DNA from: a virus | Lineage: Duplodnaviria > Caudoviricetes | Reading direction: 5' to 3' (one strand) | IMG/VR virus record: IMGVR_UViG_3300046167_000387 | Coordinates: 1 to 58,918 of that record | DNA length: 58,918 bases | Part shown: positions 6,851-16,420 of the stretch, piece after piece | Layout: each line of letters starts with the position of its first letter | How positions within the stretch are numbered: the first letter of the stretch is position 1 | The notes under the pieces: generated by a model | Told to the model about the DNA's origin: nothing | The model's input: only the letters and a program-made list of their open reading frames with translations | Database searches by the model: none | Translations under genes and position numbers: made by a program

Positions 6851-7123
6851 ATGGGGAGTATACCAATTACTGCAAAAATTAAACAAAGAACAAATACTCA
6901 AAGTGAAGACTGTGGGTGTGGGAAAAAATCATCGCCTAATAAAATTGCTCCTGCTATTGTAGCTGCAGTAGGTCCTGCTCTTGTGAAAGGACTAATGGGG
7001 AGCGGCGGAAATAAAGAAAAAAGTTCAGGAGAGACTAAAGTAATTGTACAATCTCCAAAAAATGACAATACTGAAAGTCAAAAAAAGTTTAGCCAATCGT
7101 CTGAAGCCGTGGATCCTAAATAA
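6851..7123 (+). CDS. basic low-complexity protein (PITAK N-terminus)
   Basis: ORF track. Confidence 0.7.
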   Translation: MGSIPITAKIKQRTNTQSEDCGCGKKSSPNKIAPAIVAAVGPALVKGLMGSGGNKEKSSGETKVIVQSPKNDNTESQKKFSQSSEAVDPK

Positions 7124-7128
7124 AGAAT

Positions 7129-7510
7129 ATGGCATTTAATTTAAAACAATTTGCAGACCTTGTTGGTATAGACAAAGATACTTCAACTTATAATACGCCT
7201 GTCTTTAAGAAAACATTAGAAGGAGGTATTCTAGGTGAAGCTAATAACGATGGTACTATATTTATAGATAAGTCCTTAAAAGGCAAAGCTAAAGAAGAAG
7301 CTGTAAGTCATGAAAAAGTGCATTTAGAACAAATGGCACAAGGTAGACTGCATTACGATGATAATACAGTAACTTGGAAAAAAGATACAAAATCACCGGC
7401 TAGAGTTTACAAAAGACAAGGGGGCATGTTGATAGATAAGAAAACAGGTAAAAGCGCTCAGGAAGGGAGGAGATTTTGAATGGGAAAGAGAAGCTTATAA
7501 AAAACAATGA
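7129..7510 (+). CDS. HExxH zinc metallopeptidase, completed only by a +1 frameshift near 7465-7479
   Basis: SHEKVHLEQ; frame 0 stops at TTT TGA 7474-7479; +1 frame gives FEWEREAYKKQ*. Confidence 0.7.
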
Positions 7511-7511
7511 T

Positions 7512-7793
7512 ATGAGATATAAAGCAAAATCAATTACAAGTAAAGCATCTAGTGCGTGTAAAATTAACATGGGCTTGGTTATGGGGGAGGCTGATGTTCA
7601 AAACTCTAAGTCTTTTGTAGACTACAGTAGTCTTATGGCTAAGAAAATGAAAGCAGGTGGAGGAAAAACCTCTTCGACTGCTGTAGAAATAGATAACAGT
7701 GAAAATAACACTGATGATAACAGTGAAAATAACACTGATGATAACAGTGAAAATAACACTGATGATAACACATCTAACATTAATAACAATTAA
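7512..7793 (+). CDS. hypothetical protein with DNSENNTD repeats
   Basis: Likely start MRYKAK immediately after the corrected peptidase stop. Confidence 0.65.
   Translation: MRYKAKSITSKASSACKINMGLVMGEADVQNSKSFVDYSSLMAKKMKAGGGKTSSTAVEIDNSENNTDDNSENNTDDNSENNTDDNTSNINNN
7692..7770 (+). repeat. 24-bp tandem repeat x3.3
   Basis: GATAACAGTGAAAATAACACTGAT units at 7692, 7716 and 7740. Confidence 0.95.
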
Positions 7794-7815
7794 GATAAAA
7801 TAAAAAATAAATATT

Positions 7816-8541
7816 ATGGGAAGCATACCTGTTACAACTAGATTAAAACGCATTTCAGCAATTAAAAAAACTACTCAAGCTTTAGGAGCAATAGATCCAG
7901 AGAGCGGAACTGTAGAGGTAGGTGGTTCATTCCAAGGTAAAGACACTCCTCCAACTACTGAAGATGTAATGGGTGAAAAAACTGATTTTGTAGCCCCTAA
8001 AGATAAAAGAGAAAAAGACCCTGAAAAATGGGAAAAAAAACGAAAAGGCATTTGTGATGGATCTATAAAAGGCGATAAAAGTAAAGTTCACTGTGATGAT
8101 GTCGTTGTTGGGCAAAAAAGTGTTAAAGGTAAAAAAGGAGATAGCGGGGATTGGGAAGGTACTTTAAAAACAGGGACCACTGGAGATGTGCTTGACGCTT
8201 ATGATGCAAGAGTTCAGTCTAGAATTATTAAAAAACAACTAAGAGATATTCGAAGATCTAAAATTAGGGAAGCTAAAAATAAAGGTATTTTTACCGGGGA
8301 TTTGCGTAAACAATATAAAGCTGAGGAAAACAAGGCAAGAAGAGAAGCGTTTGAAAAAGCATATGAAAGAGGAGAAGCGGCTAGAGCTAGCGGAAGAAGA
8401 CCTGGCTCCTCAGGGGTAGACACCGGTCAGCGAGACATGCTTCAGTATGAACTCGGGGGTGTTAAAGAACAATCAAAATTCCTAGAAGACCGTGCGAAGC
8501 GGGGTTATAAACAAAAAGGATTTAGTTTTAATACTGACTAA
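7816..8541 (+). CDS. charged hypothetical (putative internal virion) protein
   Basis: ORF track; MGSIPVTTRLK N-terminus. Confidence 0.75.
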   Translation: MGSIPVTTRLKRISAIKKTTQALGAIDPESGTVEVGGSFQGKDTPPTTEDVMGEKTDFVAPKDKREKDPEKWEKKRKGICDGSIKGDKSKVHCDDVVVGQKSVKGKKGDSGDWEGTLKTGTTGDVLDAYDARVQSRIIKKQLRDIRRSKIREAKNKGIFTGDLRKQYKAEENKARREAFEKAYERGEAARASGRRPGSSGVDTGQRDMLQYELGGVKEQSKFLEDRAKRGYKQKGFSFNTD

Positions 8542-8583
8542 GCTATAAAAAATTCTATTAACAATCGTAAGAAATAAATAGAT

Positions 8584-8898
8584 ATGGCATATCTTCAACA
8601 AAATTCACCGTTTACAAAGAAAGGTGACGCGCCTTCTCGTAAAAAATCCAAAGGATATTACAACGAAGCAAATCCAACCGGCACAGGAGCGGCTGCTGGG
8701 GGGGGTATGTCTGAAAAAGGAACAGCAAAATATAGAAGAGATAACCCAGGTAGTAAGCTGCAAACAGCAGTAACTACTGAGCCGTCTAAATTAAAACAAG
8801 GTAGCAAAGCAGCTAAAAGAAGAAAGGCTTTTTGTGCAAGATCAAAAAGCTGGAAATCCGAAAGAGGTAGAGCTGCTAGAAGAAGGTGGAACTGTTAA
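8584..8898 (+). CDS. conserved basic phage protein
   Basis: RRKAFCARS...AARRRWNC motif, recalled as common in aquatic phages. Confidence 0.75.
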   Translation: MAYLQQNSPFTKKGDAPSRKKSKGYYNEANPTGTGAAAGGGMSEKGTAKYRRDNPGSKLQTAVTTEPSKLKQGSKAAKRRKAFCARSKSWKSERGRAARRRWNC

Positions 8899-8908
8899 TA
8901 TATAAATT

Positions 8909-9055
8909 ATGAAATCAAAAGGATTAGGCGATACAGTGGAAAAGTTTACTAAAGCTACTGGTATAAAAAAACTAGCAGATAAAATACCAGGAGGGTGTGG
9001 CTGTGGAAAAAGAAAAGAATCATTAAATAAATTATTTCCATATAAAAACAAGTAA
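8909..9055 (+). CDS. 48-aa conserved phage protein (GLGD...CGC...R...LN)
   Basis: Hand-translated MKSKGLGDTVEKFTKATGIKKLADKIPGGCGCGKRKESLNKLFPYKNK. Confidence 0.75.
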   Translation: MKSKGLGDTVEKFTKATGIKKLADKIPGGCGCGKRKESLNKLFPYKNK

Positions 9056-9143
9056 AATAGCTTTAAAAAAAACGGAAGGTTGAAAGCGTTGAGAATGCTA
9101 GCAATTTTTGTCAAATAAATAAATAAATAAATAAAACAAAACA

Positions 9144-10091
9144 ATGGCATACAAACAAAAAGGCTGTACTCCAATTACAGCAAAACTTAAGAGAACAACT
9201 AAAGGAGGGATGGTTCAACAGCCGTTACTTGATATGGGTGCTCCTGTAAATATGAAAGAGTCCTCACCGACTAAACAAGGAGGCAAGCGAGCTCAAGAAG
9301 CTAGAGCAAAAGCTAACGAAGCTAGAAGAAAACGCAACGAGGCACAACAAAGAAAAGAAGAAGGAGCTAAGTGGAAAAAAGAGCAAGATCTTAAAACAAA
9401 AAAGACTGTTAGAAACAGGAGAGGGCGTGAAGTAGCTAACCCTAAGTATGACGCTGAGTTTACTAAAACTAGAAAAGAAGGTGAAGCAGGATGGGCTGCA
9501 GACGACAAAGCTAGAAAAGACAAGACTGGTATATACGCTGAGAATAAAGACGAAAATACTACCACGCCACCACCACCACCTTCTGTTCAACCCGTAAATG
9601 ATAAAAAATTGTCCAACAAGAGAATTAAAGATTACCATGGGGGAGATGTAGCTAAACTTGGACCACAATCTAACAAAAAAACAACAAGCAATACTAAAAA
9701 TGTTAAAATAACAGGTAGAATTGGTTCTGATTTACGTAGAAAACAATACGACGCTAAGGGATGGGCTTATGATGATACCATAAAAAAACCTAAGTCAAAA
9801 CCTAAAGCTAAAGCTATTTTAGAAAATAATAAAAAAACAGAAAAAAAGCCTAAACTAGCCGTAGCTCCCTCTAAGCCAACAGCGAAGCCTACTAAAAAAC
9901 AAGTTAGAAAAGCTAAAAGCGTAGAAAGAAAAACTGAGAGAGCAGCTAAAGCAAGAAGAAAAAGTGTACAGGCTTTAGAATCTGGAAACCTTGCAAAATC
10001 AAGAAGATTAAAACGTAGAGAAACAAGGATTAACAAAAGAATTGAGAAAAAGAAATCCGGACAAGCCTCTAAAGCTATAGAGCCTAAATAA
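9144..10091 (+). CDS. very basic Lys/Arg-rich protein (possible DNA-condensing internal protein)
   Basis: ORF track; composition. Confidence 0.75.
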   Translation: MAYKQKGCTPITAKLKRTTKGGMVQQPLLDMGAPVNMKESSPTKQGGKRAQEARAKANEARRKRNEAQQRKEEGAKWKKEQDLKTKKTVRNRRGREVANPKYDAEFTKTRKEGEAGWAADDKARKDKTGIYAENKDENTTTPPPPPSVQPVNDKKLSNKRIKDYHGGDVAKLGPQSNKKTTSNTKNVKITGRIGSDLRRKQYDAKGWAYDDTIKKPKSKPKAKAILENNKKTEKKPKLAVAPSKPTAKPTKKQVRKAKSVERKTERAAKARRKSVQALESGNLAKSRRLKRRETRINKRIEKKKSGQASKAIEPK

Positions 10092-10480
10092 TGAAAAAGT
10101 TATTTCAATGGCTTACAGGTGGCGTTATCAAAGAAGTTGGTGATGTCATCGATAAGCTTACTACAACTAAAGAAGAAAAACTAGAGGCACAAAGACTAAT
10201 ACAAGAGATATTAGAAAAAGCTGATAGTGAAGCTCAAGAGCAAGTTACTGAAAGGTGGAAAGCTGATATGGCTTCTGATAGCTGGCTAGCTAAAAACATT
10301 AGACCTTTAGTTTTAGTATTTTTAACTTTTATATTTAGTATATTAGCATTTGCTGATGGTAATATAGGAGAATTTAAAATAACAAAAGAGTACATACCAA
10401 TATTTCAATCTTTACTCATAACTGTATATGGGGCTTACTTTGTAGGTAGAACTTGGGAAAAAGCAAAAAATAATAAATAA
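10091..10480 (+). CDS. 3TM-type holin (GTA holin-like)
   Basis: RWKADMASDSWLAKNIRP plus hydrophobic helices and YFVGRTWEK. Confidence 0.8.
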   Translation: MKKLFQWLTGGVIKEVGDVIDKLTTTKEEKLEAQRLIQEILEKADSEAQEQVTERWKADMASDSWLAKNIRPLVLVFLTFIFSILAFADGNIGEFKITKEYIPIFQSLLITVYGAYFVGRTWEKAKNNK

Positions 10481-10497
10481 ATAAATAAATAAAAAAA

Positions 10498-10743
10498 ATG
10501 GGACAATATTTTAATCAACCTGATTTTGCAACATCTGCAGAAGCTGTTGTAGTAGGAACAACTAATGTAAAGAACAGCGCTTTATACATAGGTTCCGGTG
10601 GAAACATTGAGGTTATTGTGGTAGGAGACTCTGCTTCAGTAGTATTTAAAAATATACCTGACGGTTCTTTTTTACCTGTTATAATTAGTTCTATTGTAGC
10701 AGGCGCAAACACGACTGTTTCGGACTTAGTAGCTATAAAGTAA
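10498..10743 (+). CDS. head spike base protein (RcGTA Rcc01079-like)
   Basis: ALYIGSGGNI.V....V.FKNIPDGSFLP...TT pattern. Confidence 0.65.
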   Translation: MGQYFNQPDFATSAEAVVVGTTNVKNSALYIGSGGNIEVIVVGDSASVVFKNIPDGSFLPVIISSIVAGANTTVSDLVAIK

Positions 10744-10744
10744 T

Positions 10745-12523
10745 ATGTGGAGTTTAGGAATAGGTGTTTGGTGGTCTACGGCAGCATCGCTCATATCTTC
10801 TTTACTTAGTAAGCTTAAAGCTAGGTCTACTTATTTTGAAAATCAAGTCTGTACTAAAGATACTTTAAAAGATTTAGACAGTGAAGATTTATTAGAAAAA
10901 GCGAGTATAGTAACAACACCAACTGCATATAGTGATGGGGTTTTACATAGTGTTAAGCCAGAGCAGGCTTTAGGAAGTGAATTAGCTGTTAATGGAGATT
11001 TTGCAACTGATAGTGATTGGAATAAAGCTGCAAGTTGGAGTATTAGTAATAATTCAGCTAATTCAGACGGAACACAATCAGTAGGAACGCTTACGCAAAA
11101 TACAACAAGTTTAGCTGGTAAGTATTTTATTGAATTTCAATTAAAAGAATATACACAAGGTAACGTTGGAATGTCTATAACTGGAACTGGTGGTCAAGAC
11201 ATTAGGGTTACAAATGGTGTTTTAGGTTTTTACAATACAACAATCACGACTCCAACAGATAATTTTCAAATTGAAATAAAAGGGGATAGTAATTTCATAG
11301 GCTCAATAGACAATGTATCAGTAAAAGAAGTAATAGGTGCTGATTTCACATTTACAAGAAACAATCCAGGAACAAGAGTAAATGCAAGTGGTAATATAGA
11401 AAGTGTAGGAGTTGATTTACCGAGAATAGATTATAGAGGTGGTAATGGTAGTTGGTTATTAGAACCACAAGCTACAAATACTGCAACTGATTCAAATGAT
11501 TTTACGACTGGTGATATATTTGAAGGAAGTAGTAACCCAAGTGCTACATATGCTATTTTAACATCTGCACAAGCTACTTCTCCTGACGGCACTAATAATG
11601 CGTGGAAGTTAGTTGATAATAATGATAGCGGTAGTGGTGTAACTGGATTTAAGTATGGAGGTACTCATTTAGTATCAAACAATTATAATACTTTATCTTT
11701 GTTTGTTAAGAAACAAGGGAATAACGATTTTATTTATATTAGTAGTAAAAACTATGATCCTGCGGCAGGTGGAACTACTTGGTTTAATATTTCAAACGGA
11801 ACTTTAGGAACTGTTGCAAGTGGTCATACTGCAAGTATTGATGATTATGGAAATGGTTGGTATAGAATATCAGTTACATTGCAAACAATAACAGATTTAT
11901 TAGGTCAATTTCAGATTTATTTAGCAACCTCTAATGGTAATGTTTCTATTACAAGAGATGGAACAAATGGAGTATACATATACGGACTACAAGCAGAATC
12001 ACACGCTGCAAGACAATACGCAACTTCATACATTCCTACAAGTGGTTACATACAAACAAGAGGAGTAGATTCAGCAACAAATGCAGGAAGTAGTGATTTA
12101 ATAAGCTCAACAGAAGGAGTTTTTTATTTAGAGGTTGCAGCTTTAAATTCAATAAATAGTTATGAATCTATTAGTTTATCTGATGGTAATATTCAAAATA
12201 GAATTAGATTTCAATTTTTAAACAACTTAAACGAGGGAGCGATGCAAGTTCAAGTTGGAGGTGTAAATCAAGCTTTCAAAAGCATTGATTTTACGGATAT
12301 TACTGATTTTAATAAAGTAGCTATAAAGTATAAACAAAATGATTTTTCTGTTTGGTTAAATGGAGTTAAAATTCATACTGATACTTCTGGACCAATTCCA
12401 ACTTTAAATCAACTTAATTTTTCTAGTGGTTCTAATTTCAATAATTTTAATGGAAAAGTAAAATGCGTAGCAGTATTCAAAGAAGCATTAACAGATGCAG
12501 AACTAACCGCTTTAACATCATAA
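10745..12523 (+). CDS. head spike/fibre protein with carbohydrate-binding and LamG-like domains
   Basis: FTFTRN...LPRIDY..G.G.WLLEPQATN, NGWYRIS and ATSYIPT motifs. Confidence 0.75.
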   Translation: MWSLGIGVWWSTAASLISSLLSKLKARSTYFENQVCTKDTLKDLDSEDLLEKASIVTTPTAYSDGVLHSVKPEQALGSELAVNGDFATDSDWNKAASWSISNNSANSDGTQSVGTLTQNTTSLAGKYFIEFQLKEYTQGNVGMSITGTGGQDIRVTNGVLGFYNTTITTPTDNFQIEIKGDSNFIGSIDNVSVKEVIGADFTFTRNNPGTRVNASGNIESVGVDLPRIDYRGGNGSWLLEPQATNTATDSNDFTTGDIFEGSSNPSATYAILTSAQATSPDGTNNAWKLVDNNDSGSGVTGFKYGGTHLVSNNYNTLSLFVKKQGNNDFIYISSKNYDPAAGGTTWFNISNGTLGTVASGHTASIDDYGNGWYRISVTLQTITDLLGQFQIYLATSNGNVSITRDGTNGVYIYGLQAESHAARQYATSYIPTSGYIQTRGVDSATNAGSSDLISSTEGVFYLEVAALNSINSYESISLSDGNIQNRIRFQFLNNLNEGAMQVQVGGVNQAFKSIDFTDITDFNKVAIKYKQNDFSVWLNGVKIHTDTSGPIPTLNQLNFSSGSNFNNFNGKVKCVAVFKEALTDAELTALTS

Positions 12524-12525
12524 TT

Positions 12526-12882
12526 ATGGGATTACATATAGGTAAATACAGATTTGGCTACGGAAGAGAACAAGCAGAATCTAAAATAGAAGCTTTAGGG
12601 ATAGCACAAGATGAAAACGGTAACAACTATCCAACACATAAACATACTATCACAAAACTTGGTTATGAGGTTTTAGAAGAAGCAGTTTATGATGGAGAAG
12701 AGGCAATATCTGAAACAGTATTCGGAGAAGGATATTTAGTAGATGTACTATGGAGAGATTTACAAGAAGATGAAGACGGTTTAGTGGATCACCCATATGG
12801 TTGGAAAACTTTTGAAGTTGATATAGACAATGAAGGGATACACGGATTTTTAGGCCTTAAATATCAAGATTTAAAATTTTAA
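12526..12882 (+). CDS. hypothetical protein (fibre-associated)
   Basis: Likely start MGLHIG; YLVDVLW motif. Confidence 0.7.
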   Translation: MGLHIGKYRFGYGREQAESKIEALGIAQDENGNNYPTHKHTITKLGYEVLEEAVYDGEEAISETVFGEGYLVDVLWRDLQEDEDGLVDHPYGWKTFEVDIDNEGIHGFLGLKYQDLKF

Positions 12883-12942
12883 TAAGTAATTAACGATAAT
12901 ACGTAATTAATAATACAAGTAATAATAATTAAATCAAATAAA

Positions 12943-13179
12943 ATGAGTAAAACTTTAAAAAAAGAAGAGCTGGCTAAATTACAAGAAGCGGTTACTAAAG
13001 TAAATCAAATTAAAAACGAGATAGGCAATATCGAGGTTCAAAAACACGAGCTATTACATTTAGCAGCAGACGCTAATAATGCGTTGTCTGAAGTGCAAAA
13101 AAAACTGGAAAAAGTTTATGGCAATGTCAACGTAGACATCACTACTGGTAAAATAACTGAACAAGAGTCTAATGATTAG
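12943..13179 (+). CDS. coiled-coil hypothetical protein
   Basis: ORF track. Confidence 0.75.
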   Translation: MSKTLKKEELAKLQEAVTKVNQIKNEIGNIEVQKHELLHLAADANNALSEVQKKLEKVYGNVNVDITTGKITEQESND

Positions 13180-13384
13180 GAAAATAAGTATTGGACGCGA
13201 TTACAAGACTGATGCGATGCACTACTCAGTTGGGCAAGAAGTTTACGGAGGTCACGTTATAAGGAATATAATAGAAGAAGACGATAAGTTTTCTATATAC
13301 ATTGAAAAAGGTAATGAGTTAATGCCTTGGAAAGACTTCAATAAAAACATGGCTGTAGCTGTTGAATACAATTTAGAATATTGA
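13172..13384 (+). CDS. hypothetical protein
   Basis: ORF track, overlapping neighbours. Confidence 0.75.
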   Translation: MIRKISIGRDYKTDAMHYSVGQEVYGGHVIRNIIEEDDKFSIYIEKGNELMPWKDFNKNMAVAVEYNLEY

Positions 13385-13974
13385 TGAAAGCTTTATATAA
13401 TTTTATCGTAAAACCTGTTGGTGAAAGATATAATAATGTAAAAAAAATTGACGGCAACACACTTCTATTAAACACTGAACTACAAAACCATAATTATTCA
13501 AATAGAATTGCTAAAGTAATAGCAGTTCCTTCTGCGATAAAAACAGATATAAAAGTCGGAGATGAGATTATAGTTCATCACAATGTGTTTAGAAGGTTTA
13601 AAGATATAAGAGGTGTTGAAAAAAACGGTAAATCATATTACGATGATGACATTTATTTTGTAAACGAAGACCAGGTGTTTGCTTACAAAAGAAACGAAGA
13701 CTGGCAGAGTTGCAGAGGTTTTAATTTTGTTAAACCTATAAAAGAAACTAAAGTTTTTTCGCTAGACTCAGAAAAACCAGCTATCGGTATATTATATTTT
13801 AAAGACCCAAGTCTTAAAGATTTAGACAAAGGTAATTTAGTAGGGTTTAGGCCTGGGGCAGAATATGAATTTGTTATTGGAAAGAACAGACTTTATAGAG
13901 TACCCACTAATTCAATCACAATTAAATATGAATATAAAGGAAACGAAGAGGAGTATAATCCAAGCTGGACATAA
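13381..13974 (+). CDS. GroES-like two-domain protein
   Basis: FIVKP...AKVIAVP...IKVGDEIIVHHN and second repeat FNFVKP...KGNLVGF. Confidence 0.55.
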   Translation: MMKALYNFIVKPVGERYNNVKKIDGNTLLLNTELQNHNYSNRIAKVIAVPSAIKTDIKVGDEIIVHHNVFRRFKDIRGVEKNGKSYYDDDIYFVNEDQVFAYKRNEDWQSCRGFNFVKPIKETKVFSLDSEKPAIGILYFKDPSLKDLDKGNLVGFRPGAEYEFVIGKNRLYRVPTNSITIKYEYKGNEEEYNPSWT

Positions 13975-14203
13975 AGCAGTTGAAGAACTAATTCAAGTCG
14001 CTAAAGAAAAAATAGTTGATTCAGATGATGATATATCTGCTGATAGATTAAAAAACGCAGCAGCTACAAAGAAGTTAGCTATATTTGATGCTTTTGAAAT
14101 TCTAAACAGAATAAAAGAAGAAGAAGATATGCTTGAAAACAAACCTAAGGAAGAAGAAGTTAAAAAAGCTTTTAAAGGGTTTGCTGAAAAAAGGTCTAAG
14201 TAA
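13928..14203 (+). CDS. putative terminase small subunit
   Basis: Helical protein directly upstream of TerL; likely start MNIKET. Confidence 0.55.
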   Translation: MNIKETKRSIIQAGHKAVEELIQVAKEKIVDSDDDISADRLKNAAATKKLAIFDAFEILNRIKEEEDMLENKPKEEEVKKAFKGFAEKRSK

Positions 14204-16416
14204 TGTACGAACAGACTTTATATAATGTTGTAACGCCTATAAGAAAAAACACTATATCTAGAATGAATAAATCTAGAAAGTGGAAGTACGGTTACGATAA
14301 AGAACACGATATTGTTGTCATTAGCAAAACAGGTCAAATAGGTGAAATATATAACATACAAAACCTAAAGATTGCTTTACCCAAAGCGCCTGCTAAAATA
14401 GACAAAACTAATAACAAGTGGAAAGTTGAAGAATATCCTAAAGAACTAAAATCAATAACTAGTATATTTGATTGGAGAGAATATCCTGAAGATTTTCAAA
14501 ATAAATGGGAGGGGTATATAGATGAACAATTTAAAAGAAGAGAAGAAGGTCATTGGTTCAATAACAAGAACGTGGCTACTTACATCACTGGTACTCATTT
14601 TATGTACCTGCAATGGTCTAAGATTGACGTTGGGAACGCAGACTTTAGAGAAGCGAACAGATTATTCTATATATTCTGGGAAGCTTGTAAAGCAGACAGT
14701 AGGTGTTACGGAATGTCTTACCTTAAAAACAGACGTTCAGGATTTTCATTTATGGCATCAGGAGAAACAGTTAACATGGCAACCATCTCGAGCGACGCTA
14801 GATTTGGAATACTATCAAAGTCTGGATCGGATGCAAAAAAAATGTTTACCGATAAAGTTGTACCAATCTCAGTTAACTACCCGTTTTTCTTCAAACCCAT
14901 ACAAGACGGTATGGATAGACCAAAAACCGAACTCGCGTACAGGATACCAGCGTCTAGGCTCACGAGAAAATCAATACAAGCTAAAAAGAGCACAGAGATA
15001 CTAGAGGGGTTAGATACTACTATTGATTGGAAAAATACAGGGGACAACTCTTACGATGGTGAGAAACTTAGATTATTAGTACACGATGAGAGTGGTAAAT
15101 GGGAAAGACCTGATAACATATTAAATAACTGGAGAGTTACAAAAACATGTTTAAGATTAGGTTCTAGAATTATCGGTAAGTGTATGATGGGTTCAACCTC
15201 AAACTCTTTAGATAAAGGAGGTTCTAATTTTAAAAAATTATATAACAACTCTAACGTTTTAAAAAGAAACAAAAACGGTCAAACAGCATCGGGTTTGTAT
15301 TCTTTATTTATTCCAATGGAATGGAATTACGAAGGTTTTATAGATGAATTTGGACACCCTGTATTTAATACGCCTAAAGAAGTTGTAACAGGTCCATTAG
15401 GAGACGTTATAGACGTCGGAGTTATAGAACACTGGGATAATGAAGCTGAAGGATTAAAAGGTGACCAGGATGCTTTAAATGAATTCTACAGACAATTTCC
15501 ACGCACAGAAGAACACGCTTTTAGAGACGAAGCTAAAAACAGTATATTTAATTTAGCAAAAATATACGAACAAATAGATTATAACGAAGATTTGAGTAAT
15601 ACTAACGTATTAACAACCGGCAGTTTTCAATGGGCTAACGGTATAAAAGATTCAACAGTTATATTCACACCTAATCCTAACGGAAGATTCAAAGTTTCTT
15701 GGGTACCTGGAACAGCTTTACAAAATAGACAAATTGTTAATAAAGGATTAAAAAGCCCAGGTAACGAACATATGGGTGCTTTTGGATGTGACAGTTACGA
15801 TATATCAGGTACAACAGATGGTCACGGCTCAAAGGGAGCTTTACACGGTTTAACTAAGTTTAGTATGGAAGATGCTCCTGCAAATACATTTTTTTTAGAA
15901 TATATCGCAAGACCTCAAACCGCTGAAATATTTTTTGAAGATGTATTAATGGCTTGCGTATTTTACGGAATGCCGATATTAGCAGAAAATAATAAACCTA
16001 GATTATTGTATTACTTTAAAAGAAGAGGTTACAGAGGTTACTCGATGAATAGGCCTGACAAAATATGGAACAAGTTATCTATTACAGAAAGGGAAATAGG
16101 TGGTATGCCTAACTCGAGCGAAGATATAAAACAAGCTCACGCAGCAGCTATAGAAACATATATAGATAAACACGTTGGGTTACTAGAAGATGGGCAATAC
16201 GGAGCGATGTATTTTAACACTACCCTAAATGATTGGGCTGGTTTTGATATAAACAAAAGAACAAAGTTTGATGCTGCTATAAGCTCAGGGTTGGCTATAA
16301 TGGCATGTAATAGACATTTATATCACCCGAAGCCTAATGTAGAAAAAAATAAAATAAGTTTAAAAATAGCTAAATACACTAATTCTGGTGGATTTTCAAA
16401 ATTAATAGAAAAATAA
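14203..16416 (+). CDS. terminase large subunit
   Basis: Walker A LKNRRSGFS, Walker B LLVHDESGK, RNase H-like FGCDSYD. Confidence 0.92.
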   Translation: MYEQTLYNVVTPIRKNTISRMNKSRKWKYGYDKEHDIVVISKTGQIGEIYNIQNLKIALPKAPAKIDKTNNKWKVEEYPKELKSITSIFDWREYPEDFQNKWEGYIDEQFKRREEGHWFNNKNVATYITGTHFMYLQWSKIDVGNADFREANRLFYIFWEACKADSRCYGMSYLKNRRSGFSFMASGETVNMATISSDARFGILSKSGSDAKKMFTDKVVPISVNYPFFFKPIQDGMDRPKTELAYRIPASRLTRKSIQAKKSTEILEGLDTTIDWKNTGDNSYDGEKLRLLVHDESGKWERPDNILNNWRVTKTCLRLGSRIIGKCMMGSTSNSLDKGGSNFKKLYNNSNVLKRNKNGQTASGLYSLFIPMEWNYEGFIDEFGHPVFNTPKEVVTGPLGDVIDVGVIEHWDNEAEGLKGDQDALNEFYRQFPRTEEHAFRDEAKNSIFNLAKIYEQIDYNEDLSNTNVLTTGSFQWANGIKDSTVIFTPNPNGRFKVSWVPGTALQNRQIVNKGLKSPGNEHMGAFGCDSYDISGTTDGHGSKGALHGLTKFSMEDAPANTFFLEYIARPQTAEIFFEDVLMACVFYGMPILAENNKPRLLYYFKRRGYRGYSMNRPDKIWNKLSITEREIGGMPNSSEDIKQAHAAAIETYIDKHVGLLEDGQYGAMYFNTTLNDWAGFDINKRTKFDAAISSGLAIMACNRHLYHPKPNVEKNKISLKIAKYTNSGGFSKLIEK

Positions 16417-16420
16417 AAAT

